This document shows, one piece after another, positions 8,508 through 17,171 of a stretch of DNA of 64,000 nucleotides. A program made the position numbers and the translations under genes. The notes under the pieces were generated by a model. That model saw nothing but the letters and a program-made list of their open reading frames with translations. It did not search any database and was not told the origin of the DNA. Source of the DNA: Planktomarina sp. (lineage in GTDB: Bacteria; Pseudomonadota; Alphaproteobacteria; Rhodobacterales; Rhodobacteraceae); assembly GCA_020630015.1 (NCBI GenBank), contig JAHDCF010000008.1, forward strand, positions 18,000 through 81,999, in the 5' to 3' direction. Each line of letters opens with the position of its first letter. Positions within the stretch are counted from its first letter, which is position 1.

Positions 8508-10049
8508 TCAAAAATCCGTCGGGGCGCCCCCTTCGCTGATCCTGCGATCAACAAATTCACGCAGCTCTTCTTTAATTGCGACATCCATAGGGGGTTCTTC
8601 ATATGCCTGCAGAATCGACTTGAAAACTTTGTTGGCTCGTTGTGCTGTCCAAACGCCACCCGCCGCTTCCCATCCTTCAAAATTGCGCCAATCAGAAACA
8701 AAGGGTTGGTAAAACGCAGTTTCATATCGATCTTGTGTGTGCTGAATGCCAAAAAAATGTCCCGTAGACCCAACATCTTTGATTGCTTCCACAGCTGTGT
8801 CATCGGGACCTGTCTGCAAGATTTCGGGTTCCATATAACGTTGGATCATTTGTAAAACTTCACAGTCCATGACAAATTTTTCCGGGCTGGCAATCAATCC
8901 GCCTTCAAGCCAACCCGCTGCGTGATAAACCATATGCGTTCCAGATTGGACTGCGGCCCAAAGGGAATTTGAAGTCTCCCACATGGCCTGACCATCGGGC
9001 ACATTTGCGGCACAAACACCTGATGATCTAATGGGCAGTCCATAATATCTTCCCATCTGTCCAGTCATCTGGGTCGCGCGCATGTATTCTGGCGTTCCAA
9101 AAGCTGGAGCACCAGATTTCATATCTACGTTTGATGTGAACGTTCCGATCGCACATGCAACCCCCGGCCGTACATACTGAAACAATGCGATCGCGCACAA
9201 CGCCTCAGCGATGGATTGGGCGACGGCACCGGCCAATGTAACCGGGGCCATTGCCCCCGCCAAAGTAAAGGGAGTGACAACAATCGCTTGCCCACGCCGC
9301 GCCATGCGTAAACACCCATCAATCATCGGCCAGTCGTGTTTCAGCGGACTGGTGGAATTGATATTCGTGTACATGCGTGGCGTGGCTTCAAATTCCTCAT
9401 CTGTCAGCCCACCTGCGATACGCACCATTTCCATTTTGTCTTCGACACGTTCTTTACCAAGACTGTAGGTATGCATTGCCTTATCAGTCAACGTCAGCTT
9501 ATCATATCCAATTTCCAAGTGTCGGATGGAGGCATGAACATCAACGGGTTCAACCGGATATCCACCCACAAAATGAATGCAGTTGAAATACTGCGAAAGT
9601 TTGAGGAAATATGAACACTGCTCCTTGGAGCCAGGTACCTTTTTCCCCAAATCTAGATCCCAATAATTGGGTGGCGAAGACACGTTTCCGAACAGGATTG
9701 CATCGCCACCAATCGGAATGGTGTGTTTCGGATTGCGGGGTGTAATCGTGAATTCCGATGGCGCCTTGGCAACCATTTCCATTACCCAATGCCGATCCAA
9801 AAAGACCTTTTCACCTTCGACTTTGCAACCTGCCTTTTTAAAAAGGTCGATTGCCTCTTCGTTCAAAAAATCGATACCAATATCTTCTAATATCTCCATC
9901 GCGGCATTGTGGATCGCTTCTACCCCTTCAGGCGACAAAGGTTCGGTAGGACGATCCAAGTTGCGCGGGATGCGCCAAGGCATTTGTTGGATTCCAACTT
10001 GATCGCGTCTTGTATTCGCTGCGCGCCCGCCGCTTCGCCGTCTTGCCAT
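8508..10049 (-). CDS. MttB-superfamily (trimethylamine methyltransferase-like) protein, non-pyrrolysine type; probable quaternary-amine (e.g. glycine betaine) methyltransferase
   Basis: The N-terminus MARRRSGGRAANTRR...PWRIPRNLDRPTEPLSPEGVEAIHNAAMEILEDIGI is typical of aerobic alphaproteobacterial MttB homologs. The ORF is uninterrupted, with no in-frame TAG. The ATG at 10049 has a GAGGTG RBS 6 nt upstream; the track start at 10058 is the GTG inside that RBS. Confidence 0.85.
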   Translation of the reverse strand: MARRRSGGRAANTRRDQVGIQQMPWRIPRNLDRPTEPLSPEGVEAIHNAAMEILEDIGIDFLNEEAIDLFKKAGCKVEGEKVFLDRHWVMEMVAKAPSEFTITPRNPKHTIPIGGDAILFGNVSSPPNYWDLDLGKKVPGSKEQCSYFLKLSQYFNCIHFVGGYPVEPVDVHASIRHLEIGYDKLTLTDKAMHTYSLGKERVEDKMEMVRIAGGLTDEEFEATPRMYTNINSTSPLKHDWPMIDGCLRMARRGQAIVVTPFTLAGAMAPVTLAGAVAQSIAEALCAIALFQYVRPGVACAIGTFTSNVDMKSGAPAFGTPEYMRATQMTGQMGRYYGLPIRSSGVCAANVPDGQAMWETSNSLWAAVQSGTHMVYHAAGWLEGGLIASPEKFVMDCEVLQMIQRYMEPEILQTGPDDTAVEAIKDVGSTGHFFGIQHTQDRYETAFYQPFVSDWRNFEGWEAAGGVWTAQRANKVFKSILQAYEEPPMDVAIKEELREFVDRRISEGGAPTDF

Positions 10050-10055
10050 TGGGGT

Positions 10056-10084
10056 CACCTCTTGATCCGATGCATTAAGAGGTG
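10056..10084 (-). promoter_or_regulatory. Hairpin sequestering the Shine-Dalgarno sequence of the MttB-family gene
   Basis: The mRNA sense reads CACCUCUU-(13 nt)-AAGAGGUG-ACCCCA-AUG. This is a perfect 8-bp pairing of an anti-SD sequence with the SD. Confidence 0.4.
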
Positions 10085-10124
10085 CGGGAAACCGTGATCG
10101 ATAAATTTACTGTTTGCGACACAT

Positions 10125-10826
10125 CTATGTCGTTTCGAAGACGTGGTCGGCCTTAAGTATGTCTGGCAAATCACCAATGTCTTGAATAATCAAATCCGCA
10201 AAGTCCCGAAGATCTTGTTCGGTTGCCAATCCGGTCAGAACCGCAATACATTTCATCCCGGCTGAGCGCCCGGCCCTTAGATCATGCGTGCTGTCGCCAA
10301 TCATGACGCAGGTTTCGGGATCAACCCCAAGCTTTCTTGCGATTGCCAAAAGCGGATCAGGATCAGGTTTGGCACCAAAACCGCTGTCACTTCCCACAAT
10401 AACATCAATAGCACCATCATGTTCCGAAAGATGCGCCCGCGCCGGTTCTTCCGCATCATTGGTCATCACCGCGATGTTCAAACCCATTTCCCGAAGTGTT
10501 TCAAAGAAACGTCCCAATGGGATAATTTCAACTTGGGGTGCAGATTTCGCCAGTTCGTTAAGTTGACCCAACAACTGCTGTTCAGAAACCTCTGGAACAT
10601 GAGGTTTAATGACTTGCACGATCTCTGCAGGTGTCCCGGCAATCACTACACTGTCTGGTCGCAATTCACGTTTGTCTAGATCATACCGCAATTCATTCGC
10701 GATGGCATTAAGCTGTGTCGCATTACCAGCCGCAATTTTCGCCAATACTTCGCCGGTCCAATGACCCCAAGTTGCCTGAAAATCAAACAGTGTCCCATCC
10801 TTGTCAAAGATCAAAGTTGATATCAT
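10125..10826 (-). CDS. HAD-family hydrolase (phosphoglycolate phosphatase-like)
   Basis: Contains the LIFDKDGTLFD motif I (DxDGT) and a C-terminal GDSTHDLRAGRSAG motif. Confidence 0.85.
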   Translation of the reverse strand: MISTLIFDKDGTLFDFQATWGHWTGEVLAKIAAGNATQLNAIANELRYDLDKRELRPDSVVIAGTPAEIVQVIKPHVPEVSEQQLLGQLNELAKSAPQVEIIPLGRFFETLREMGLNIAVMTNDAEEPARAHLSEHDGAIDVIVGSDSGFGAKPDPDPLLAIARKLGVDPETCVMIGDSTHDLRAGRSAGMKCIAVLTGLATEQDLRDFADLIIQDIGDLPDILKADHVFETT

Positions 10827-11101
10827 GTCCAGTTCACCTCTGCCCCACCTGGAAGATTTTGCCGCGCAGTAAGCGGATCTGTGTAGGCAAGCCCATGTTC
10901 ATCACAAAAAGAAATAACCCACGCATCATCGTTACAAAGAAAATCCAAAACTGAAATCTGAAAATCTGATTCCAATAGTCGGTTCCTCAAATCATCTTGA
11001 TTGGTGCCTGTTGCACCTAAAAAAATGTCTCTAAGGTCTTCGTTCCCGATAAGCCATGCGACGGCTTCTATTGCGATGGTTTCCGCTGCCTCTGGTGTCA
11101 T
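10823..11101 (-). CDS. DUF3572-family small protein
   Basis: The pattern AIEAVAWLIGNEDLRDIFLGATG...FLCNDDAWVISFCDEHGL...ARQNLPGG matches my recollection of DUF3572. It has a 4-nt overlap with the HAD gene. Confidence 0.6.
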   Translation of the reverse strand: MTPEAAETIAIEAVAWLIGNEDLRDIFLGATGTNQDDLRNRLLESDFQISVLDFLCNDDAWVISFCDEHGLAYTDPLTARQNLPGGAEVNWT

Positions 11102-11170
11102 TTTGATCTCGTGAAGATTTTTTTAAACCTATGAACGCAAGATCACCTCAAACAGATTTGGGGGCAAGGT

Positions 11171-11983
11171 ATGAAATTTGATCGTGACTTAAAGAATCAA
11201 AACTATTTATCTTCTCCAATTACAATCATATCGGCCAAATCCATCAAATCGCGTTTGTTGAAAATTGATCTCATGCGTCTGGGCTTTTGGAATGTCAGGA
11301 TTTCCGCACCAATTGCCGCGAACTTGTTACCATCGAGGCTGAACATAATTGAAGATTGTCCAGCGAGTTTGGAATTGGTTAATGCAGAGGGCTTTACCAA
11401 TCTCGACGTGATCATGTGGGCAAATACCTTGGGAAATTCATTCGACATCCCACGCGGTATGCATCTCATCGACATTATCGGAATAAAACCGTCTTTGGAT
11501 GAACTCCGCCTCAAACTTTACCGGTTCTATCGTGAAAAATATGAAGCAGATGGCAACGATAAAAAATTTGTATCAAAAGAAGTATTTGAGCGCGCCATAT
11601 CGGCAGCCCGCGATCGATCACCCGCAGCGATACTCACTTTGACCATTAGGTCTGAATCCGTTTTCCCAAAGGTGAAATCAATTCTTCTTTCATTTGCCAA
11701 CGAAATCAAACTTGTTCAGTTCAATCGAAATGAAATCCAAGTTTTGTTGAACGAGACCAGTCTGTCGAATGCACGCAGATTTTCAAAGTCTTTGGACCGG
11801 GCTGTTCGCAATGCCCTTTCGCAGCAACATCTAAAGTTGATCGAAAGTTTAAGTATTCAATGCTTTCCACCGTTAGTTCGCGACCCTAGAAACGACCCCC
11901 ACCCATCTCTCAATCCTATGAAACCCCAGGACGAATTTTTGGTGCATCATCTAAAAAAACGTTGTGCGTCGCTTCGCACGTGA
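11171..11983 (+). CDS. Hypothetical protein; possibly a degenerate receiver + degenerate GGDEF-like fold
   Basis: A 270-aa ORF that looks AT-rich by eye. The segment ILLSFANEIKLVQFNRNEIQVLLNETSLSNARRFSKSLDRAVRN resembles the region around GGDEF (..vaRyGGDEFavLLpetdleeA...aerlR.av) but lacks the catalytic residues. Confidence 0.45.
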   Translation: MKFDRDLKNQNYLSSPITIISAKSIKSRLLKIDLMRLGFWNVRISAPIAANLLPSRLNIIEDCPASLELVNAEGFTNLDVIMWANTLGNSFDIPRGMHLIDIIGIKPSLDELRLKLYRFYREKYEADGNDKKFVSKEVFERAISAARDRSPAAILTLTIRSESVFPKVKSILLSFANEIKLVQFNRNEIQVLLNETSLSNARRFSKSLDRAVRNALSQQHLKLIESLSIQCFPPLVRDPRNDPHPSLNPMKPQDEFLVHHLKKRCASLRT

Positions 11984-12007
11984 AGATCAGTTAAAAGAAG
12001 TCACGCT

Positions 12008-12496
12008 TTAGCGCTTTCGCTGCCGCTTTCTTTGCATGCGATCCGCTATTTCTTTGCGTTGTTGCGGTGACATCTGGGATAAGTTGGTTAACATTTGTTC
12101 CAACACAATATCTGATCGCGCCTGCCCATGTTTCTGCAGGTTTGATAATGCGGCCCTTACCGCTTGCAAATCGAACGGTTCGGTTTGCAATGACTCTTTT
12201 AATGCAAGCTCCAACTCTTGTCCTTTGGCCCGACCCAAGCCGGCTTCGTTCAGGTTTTTGCGAATGTCGCGACCGAAACTTCGGCGTTCATCATGATTCA
12301 AAGCCTGTAACATTGGCCACAAAAGCACCGGTGGTGCTTGCCGCATTGCTGGCCCTCGTCGCCCTGATTTTTCCGATAATTCAGTTTGATTGAATTTGCC
12401 TTTTCCATATCCAGCAACAATGAATGATCCGATCGCCCCCAAAACCAAAAGGTTCAAAGCCAAGGAAACAAAAAGAATGATCTTGAGTTTATTCAT
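12008..12496 (-). CDS. Periplasmic Spy/CpxP/ZraP-like (heavy-metal-sensor family) protein
   Basis: Signal/anchor sequence MNKLKIILFVSLALNLLVLGA, a helical charged body and an MSPQQRKEIADRM motif. I set the start at the ATG at 12496 (AAGGTGA RBS). It lies downstream of the sigma/anti-sigma pair. Confidence 0.6.
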   Translation of the reverse strand: MNKLKIILFVSLALNLLVLGAIGSFIVAGYGKGKFNQTELSEKSGRRGPAMRQAPPVLLWPMLQALNHDERRSFGRDIRKNLNEAGLGRAKGQELELALKESLQTEPFDLQAVRAALSNLQKHGQARSDIVLEQMLTNLSQMSPQQRKEIADRMQRKRQRKR

Positions 12497-12509
12497 GTTG
12501 ATGTCACCT

Positions 12510-12881
12510 TCAAAGCTCTTCCCATGTATCAGAGGCAAAATCTTCTAGCCACGCGAACTCATCTAATTCCGAAGTGATGTCAGATGAAAGAAACACGGCA
12601 TCTTGTGGCGTGCTAATCCCGACAAAAATGCCCAAAGCCATGGCAGACGCTAATCCAAATCCGCCGATCCATCCACCAACACTACTGGCGATGGTTTGCA
12701 GCCATCCACGTGGTACCGCAGCAATTTGGCGGGTAACTTTCATATTCGCCAGCGCATCCAGTTCAACTTTCTCTAAGAAAGCCTTGCCTGGTGCGGGGCT
12801 TTCCAAACGCGCCGCAGTGAAGAAAGCTTCGATTTCAGAGGGCACCGTTTCATGAGATTTCGCATCTTTATGTGTCATCAA
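12510..12881 (-). CDS. Putative membrane-anchored anti-sigma factor
   Basis: It has a 4-nt overlap with the ECF sigma gene stop and a single TM segment (WIGGFGLASAMALGIFVGI). There is no ZAS HxxxCxxC motif. Confidence 0.55.
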   Translation of the reverse strand: MMTHKDAKSHETVPSEIEAFFTAARLESPAPGKAFLEKVELDALANMKVTRQIAAVPRGWLQTIASSVGGWIGGFGLASAMALGIFVGISTPQDAVFLSSDITSELDEFAWLEDFASDTWEEL

Positions 12882-13459
12882 ATTAATCCTAGTGCTTTTT
12901 TCTGTGGGCTCAAAATATCTGTCAAAGCTCGTTTCGCGCGCCCAGACAGACTTTCGACAGCTTCGATAGACGTTTCCATGATTTGCGCAATTTCAGGATT
13001 AGACAACCCTTCGATGTGGCGCAAAACAATCGCTTGCCTCTGCCGTTCTGGCAACTGCATCAATGCCGTTTGCAATGCATCTGATCTGGCCTTGTTTTGA
13101 AGTGAACTTTCGGCACTCAACACACTTTCATCCGCCACATCCGGCACCTCGTCGCCGGGTGCAAATGAACGACGACGCAGATGATCAATGCAAAGGTTCG
13201 AAGTTATTCGGTACAACCAAGTGGAGATTTTCGCGCGACCGGATTCCCAGTCTGGCGCCATTTTCCAAAGCTTCATCATCGCGTCTTGGGCAATATCTTC
13301 AGCCTCAGCTTGATTTCCAAGCATTCGAAAAGCCACGCCGTAGCAAAGCGGTCCAAACCTTTGGGTCAAGGCCTTTGCCGCCAACGCATCACCCGAAGTG
13401 AAGGCAGCTAACAAATCCTCGTCTCTTATGTCAGACATATTTGCATCAAAAGGCATCAT
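12878..13459 (-). CDS. ECF-type RNA polymerase sigma-70 factor
   Basis: Region 2 reads AEDIAQDAMMKLW...STWLYRITSNLCIDHLRRR. Region 4 reads LPERQRQAIVLRHIEGLSNPEIAQIMETSIEAVESLSGRAKRAL. I trimmed the start to the ATG at 13459, because the track start at 13714 would overlap the upstream EF-hand gene. Confidence 0.88.
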   Translation of the reverse strand: MMPFDANMSDIRDEDLLAAFTSGDALAAKALTQRFGPLCYGVAFRMLGNQAEAEDIAQDAMMKLWKMAPDWESGRAKISTWLYRITSNLCIDHLRRRSFAPGDEVPDVADESVLSAESSLQNKARSDALQTALMQLPERQRQAIVLRHIEGLSNPEIAQIMETSIEAVESLSGRAKRALTDILSPQKKALGLI

Positions 13460-13535
13460 TGTGTTCCGCGCTAGGCCAAAACCAACTTCTGGGCAAGATG
13501 TGGCAGGGTGAAACCCCTGCCACATTTCGTATGCC

Positions 13536-14003
13536 TTATTCAGATTTATCGGCGTTGCGATGACCACCGCGTTTACCGCCCATTTTTGCTTTGGCTGCTT
13601 CGAATTCAGCTTTATCGATTTTGCCGTCAGAATTGGTATCAATACGATCAAACATCTTACCTGCACGGCGCGGCAGTTCATCCATTGAAATCGCGCCATC
13701 TTCATTTTTGTCAAAACGTTTTATCATGCGGTTTGCACGACGCTCTGCACGGTCCTTTTTGCCTTCAGGTGCTTGAGCCACAATCTCTTCTGCGGTCAGC
13801 TTCCCGTCGGAATTAGCATCCATCTTTGCAAAACGGCCCATACCGCGTGCTTCAATTTCTTCTTTGGACAAACTTCCGTCTTTGTTTGTATCCAATTCTT
13901 CGAAGGAAGGTCGGTTATTTTTGCCACCACGATCATCGGCAAATGCGGGGGTGACAGCTGTGCCCGCAAGCAAGATCGCCGTAAAAATTGCAATATTCTT
14001 CAT
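13536..14003 (-). CDS. Secreted EF-hand calcium-binding protein (four EF loops)
   Basis: Signal peptide MKNIAIFTAILLAGTAVTPAFA. EF loops are DTNKDGSLSKEE, DANSDGKLTAEE, DKNEDGAISMDE and DTNSDGKIDKAE. The start is the ATG at 14003 with an AAGGA RBS. Confidence 0.85.
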   Translation of the reverse strand: MKNIAIFTAILLAGTAVTPAFADDRGGKNNRPSFEELDTNKDGSLSKEEIEARGMGRFAKMDANSDGKLTAEEIVAQAPEGKKDRAERRANRMIKRFDKNEDGAISMDELPRRAGKMFDRIDTNSDGKIDKAEFEAAKAKMGGKRGGHRNADKSE

Positions 14004-14163
14004 TTTGATAGGTCCTTGTCTAAGGTGTTTTTTGTTGTCCGCTGCGGGCCTCAACTCCCGCTTTGGTATGACTTGAACGGTGGTGCGGTGGTTTTCCGTC
14101 GCAATAAATCAAAAAAAATCGAAAAAAGGTGTAAGTCCTTCAAAAACAGGCCATATCAGATGT

Positions 14164-14547
14164 ATGAATGAAAGTTTTCCATCAGATCGCCCGATCCGCC
14201 CCGCAATTTGGAATGGCTGGCGAAAGAAATGCCCGAATTGCGGATCAGGAAAAATATTCAACGGATATTTGAAAGTGAATTCAAACTGCAATGTCTGCGA
14301 TTTGGAGCTTCATCATCATCGCGCAGATGATGGGCCTGCCTATTTGACCATTTTGTTGGTCGGTCACATCATGGCACCCTTTTTGCACATTGTTTTTGTG
14401 AATTTTCGACCCGATCCTTGGGTTTTGGCGTTGATGTTTTGTTCAGCAACGCTGGCTTTGTGTCTTTATTTGTTACCCCGCCTGAAAGGCGTGATCATCG
14501 CATTTCAGTGGGCTAGAAACATGCACGGTTTTGGACAGGTCAAATAA
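14164..14547 (+). CDS. DUF983-family membrane protein
   Basis: Contains CPNCGSGKIFNGYLKV..CNVCDLEL...ADDGPAYLTILLVGHI, a zinc-ribbon plus TM pattern. I moved the start to the ATG at 14164. Confidence 0.7.
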   Translation: MNESFPSDRPIRPAIWNGWRKKCPNCGSGKIFNGYLKVNSNCNVCDLELHHHRADDGPAYLTILLVGHIMAPFLHIVFVNFRPDPWVLALMFCSATLALCLYLLPRLKGVIIAFQWARNMHGFGQVK

Positions 14548-15215
14548 TGACACACCAAGAAATAAAACCTGCTGCTACGCTTATACTCATGCGTGACTTT
14601 CAAAACGAACCCAAGGTCTTGATGGGACAACGGGGGGCAAAGGCCGCATTTATGCCCAACAAATTTGTTTTCCCGGGGGGTCGTGTGGATCCCGGTGACC
14701 ACAATATTCAACTGGCCAAGCCATTATCCGATCTTTGTTTTGAAAGATTGAAAGATGGATCGATCGATACGACACCTGACGGTCTTGCCGCTTGCGCGAT
14801 CCGCGAACTTTGGGAAGAAACAGGTCAAGTCCTGGGGCAAAAGGCAGACTGGATCGATCCTCCTAAGGATTGGGTTGATTTCGCACGGCAAGGATACAGA
14901 CCAGACCCAACTGGCATGCACTTCTTTTTTCGCGCTGTTACCCCACCGGGGCGCACAAGGCGCTTTGATGCACGATTTTTCATCATTAATGCGGAAGCGT
15001 TGAAATCTGACCCGGATGATTTTTCGTCAGCATCTGATGAGCTTTCTCATCTGTCTTGGGTTCCTTTGTCAGAGGCACGATCATTGAACCTTCCGTTCAT
15101 CACATCTGTGGTGCTAGGCGAAGTTGAAGGTTTAGATCGGATTGGTCCCCCTCCCTCCATACCGTTTTTTAACAACGGAGATGAGGAAAGCCTGTTTGAA
15201 CGCATAGGTCTTTAA
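14547..15215 (+). CDS. NUDIX-family hydrolase
   Basis: Contains FPGGRVDPGD ... AIRELWEETGQVLG, a Nudix-box-like pattern. It overlaps the previous stop by 1 nt. Confidence 0.75.
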   Translation: MTHQEIKPAATLILMRDFQNEPKVLMGQRGAKAAFMPNKFVFPGGRVDPGDHNIQLAKPLSDLCFERLKDGSIDTTPDGLAACAIRELWEETGQVLGQKADWIDPPKDWVDFARQGYRPDPTGMHFFFRAVTPPGRTRRFDARFFIINAEALKSDPDDFSSASDELSHLSWVPLSEARSLNLPFITSVVLGEVEGLDRIGPPPSIPFFNNGDEESLFERIGL

Positions 15216-16114
15216 ACCGCCAAAATAAGAGCCAAAACACTCAACACCAAAAGAGTAATCCCGACGCCTTCTTTCACTGTTATTCGCTCTCCAAAAACGA
15301 GTGTAGTGACAGCCAAGCTGAATACTATTTCAATCTGTCCAACCGCCTTAACATAAGCGGCGTTTTGCATCGCGAAAGCAGTAAACCAACCAATTGACCC
15401 GCCCAATGACAGTATCCCAACCCACACCGCTTGACGCCACGCGTGCAAAACTTGTGTGATCTGCCCTGGTTCACGGCGCCAAAGGTAAAGGCTCATGAAA
15501 AATGTTTGGAGTATGATGACCATCATTAACGTTGTCAGAGATCTTACCAAAACATCTGTGGACGAGATTTCCAAGGTTGCACCGCGATAAGCAACAGAAC
15601 ATATCGCGAAAAGAAAACCCCCGCCTACACCCAATGTGATCGAGCGCGCATCAATAAGTTTTGACGTGTTTTTTGTACCTTGGGGTGACGGCAAGGCCAA
15701 AACGATCGCTCCTGCGACACCAATTAAAATTGCGAGAATGGCCCACCAGGTAACCCACTCGCCAAGAATAATGGCCCCAACGATGGCGGTTAGTAAAACT
15801 TCCGTTTTGATAAACGTTATGCCAACCGTGAAATTGCGCAGCTGGAACAATGAAACAAGACACATTGTTGCACAGATCTGTGCAATACCTCCAATGACGG
15901 CAAGTGCCCAAAAACGTTTGGACAAATCGGGCAAACCAGTTTCGACTTGAAACAAATACCACCCCGCCACGGCCACAATTAGAGGCCCAGCGTAGACAAA
16001 TCGTGCAAACGTGGCCCCCCCTGACGACAGAGTTTCCATTCGTAATTTTTTTTGCACCATGAATCGCAGTGTTTGCAAACCTGCGGCGATCAAAGTGACC
16101 AATATCCAAGTCAT
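15212..16114 (-). CDS. DMT-superfamily (EamA-like) transporter
   Basis: About 10 predicted TM helices in a two-EamA-repeat architecture. It has a 4-nt convergent overlap with the NUDIX gene end. Confidence 0.75.
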   Translation of the reverse strand: MTWILVTLIAAGLQTLRFMVQKKLRMETLSSGGATFARFVYAGPLIVAVAGWYLFQVETGLPDLSKRFWALAVIGGIAQICATMCLVSLFQLRNFTVGITFIKTEVLLTAIVGAIILGEWVTWWAILAILIGVAGAIVLALPSPQGTKNTSKLIDARSITLGVGGGFLFAICSVAYRGATLEISSTDVLVRSLTTLMMVIILQTFFMSLYLWRREPGQITQVLHAWRQAVWVGILSLGGSIGWFTAFAMQNAAYVKAVGQIEIVFSLAVTTLVFGERITVKEGVGITLLVLSVLALILAV

Positions 16115-16128
16115 CGCTCGGGCTTAGT

Positions 16129-17016
16129 CTACTTTGGATTTTGTTTCCATAAGGGATGAACGATCGGTTCTTTCGCTTTTAAGAAATACTTTCTGAACAC
16201 AACCCAATAATTTGGGAAAACATACCCATGATTGTGTTTGTGAATCCGAGATTTGCGTTGGCGATACAAGTCTGGCAGGGCGTACCAAGCAACCTGCGGA
16301 TGCATGTGATGTAACGCGTGAAAGTTGTTGTTCAAAAACAAAAGCGCCAAGGGCCCACGATCTTCTATCACGACGGTTCTGGGGCCAATTTTTTCGTGGG
16401 CTTGATGTTCGACAAATGTGCGTATCTTTAAAAGAGAGAGGCCAAGATAGGCCGCGAAAATATACTGCCAAAAAGATGTGGGTGATGCCGCCACCAAAAC
16501 GACCACCCCAACCAAAATGGGAATGTGCAATACCCAACCCAAGAGGACGCGCCGATCCCCCGATATGATCGCACGGCCATCAGCAAGAAGAAAGAAAACC
16601 TGACCAATCGTCGGACCCAAAATAAGGCGACCAAGCAAAGTGCCGTTCAAACGCAAAATCGCCCGACGGTACCGGCACAAAATTGACCAAGTTGTATGCG
16701 ATACATAATTGCTTTCTGGATCATCATACGGATCGGTGAGGTTTGCATTTATGTGATGCGCCAAATGCGTGTCCTTAAAACGCAAATAAGGGATGGCCAA
16801 GTTCAAAGAAGGCCAAGACAATACATCATTCAAAAATTGGTTGCGAAACGGATGCCCATGCATCGCTTCATGCTGCAGCGAAGACTGAAATGCGATCAAT
16901 ATCGCAAGGAGTGGAACAGTAATAAGCGAGTGCAAGTCCTGAAAAACTACTAAAAAAAACGAACCATAACAGACCATAAAGGCGAAGATTGTAATGATTT
17001 CAGAGCGTTGCCGCAT
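16129..17016 (-). CDS. Membrane fatty-acid desaturase family protein
   Basis: Three histidine boxes are present: HEAMHGH, HLAHH and HALHHMH. Confidence 0.85.
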   Translation of the reverse strand: MRQRSEIITIFAFMVCYGSFFLVVFQDLHSLITVPLLAILIAFQSSLQHEAMHGHPFRNQFLNDVLSWPSLNLAIPYLRFKDTHLAHHINANLTDPYDDPESNYVSHTTWSILCRYRRAILRLNGTLLGRLILGPTIGQVFFLLADGRAIISGDRRVLLGWVLHIPILVGVVVLVAASPTSFWQYIFAAYLGLSLLKIRTFVEHQAHEKIGPRTVVIEDRGPLALLFLNNNFHALHHMHPQVAWYALPDLYRQRKSRIHKHNHGYVFPNYWVVFRKYFLKAKEPIVHPLWKQNPK

Positions 17017-17171
17017 TGCTTTCCAATCACTTTATTCATTCATTTTTTGGATGCCGAGCTTTGTTCGCACGAATACTTCAAATGAATATCGTTGTGGTTT
17101 GGGCAAGGAATCATTTGGTGATTTCCTGACCAACCTAATGATGACTCAAAATTTCAAACTTGAGAACTTTT

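Noticed and set aside
8468-10002. Multiple 60-111-aa ORFs on both strands inside the MttB-family gene (e.g. 8468-8803, 9125-9322, 9667-10002). The same kind of nested ORFs occurs inside most other long genes.
   Set aside because: They are embedded in genes with strong family signatures, lack motifs of their own and are typical of six-frame noise.
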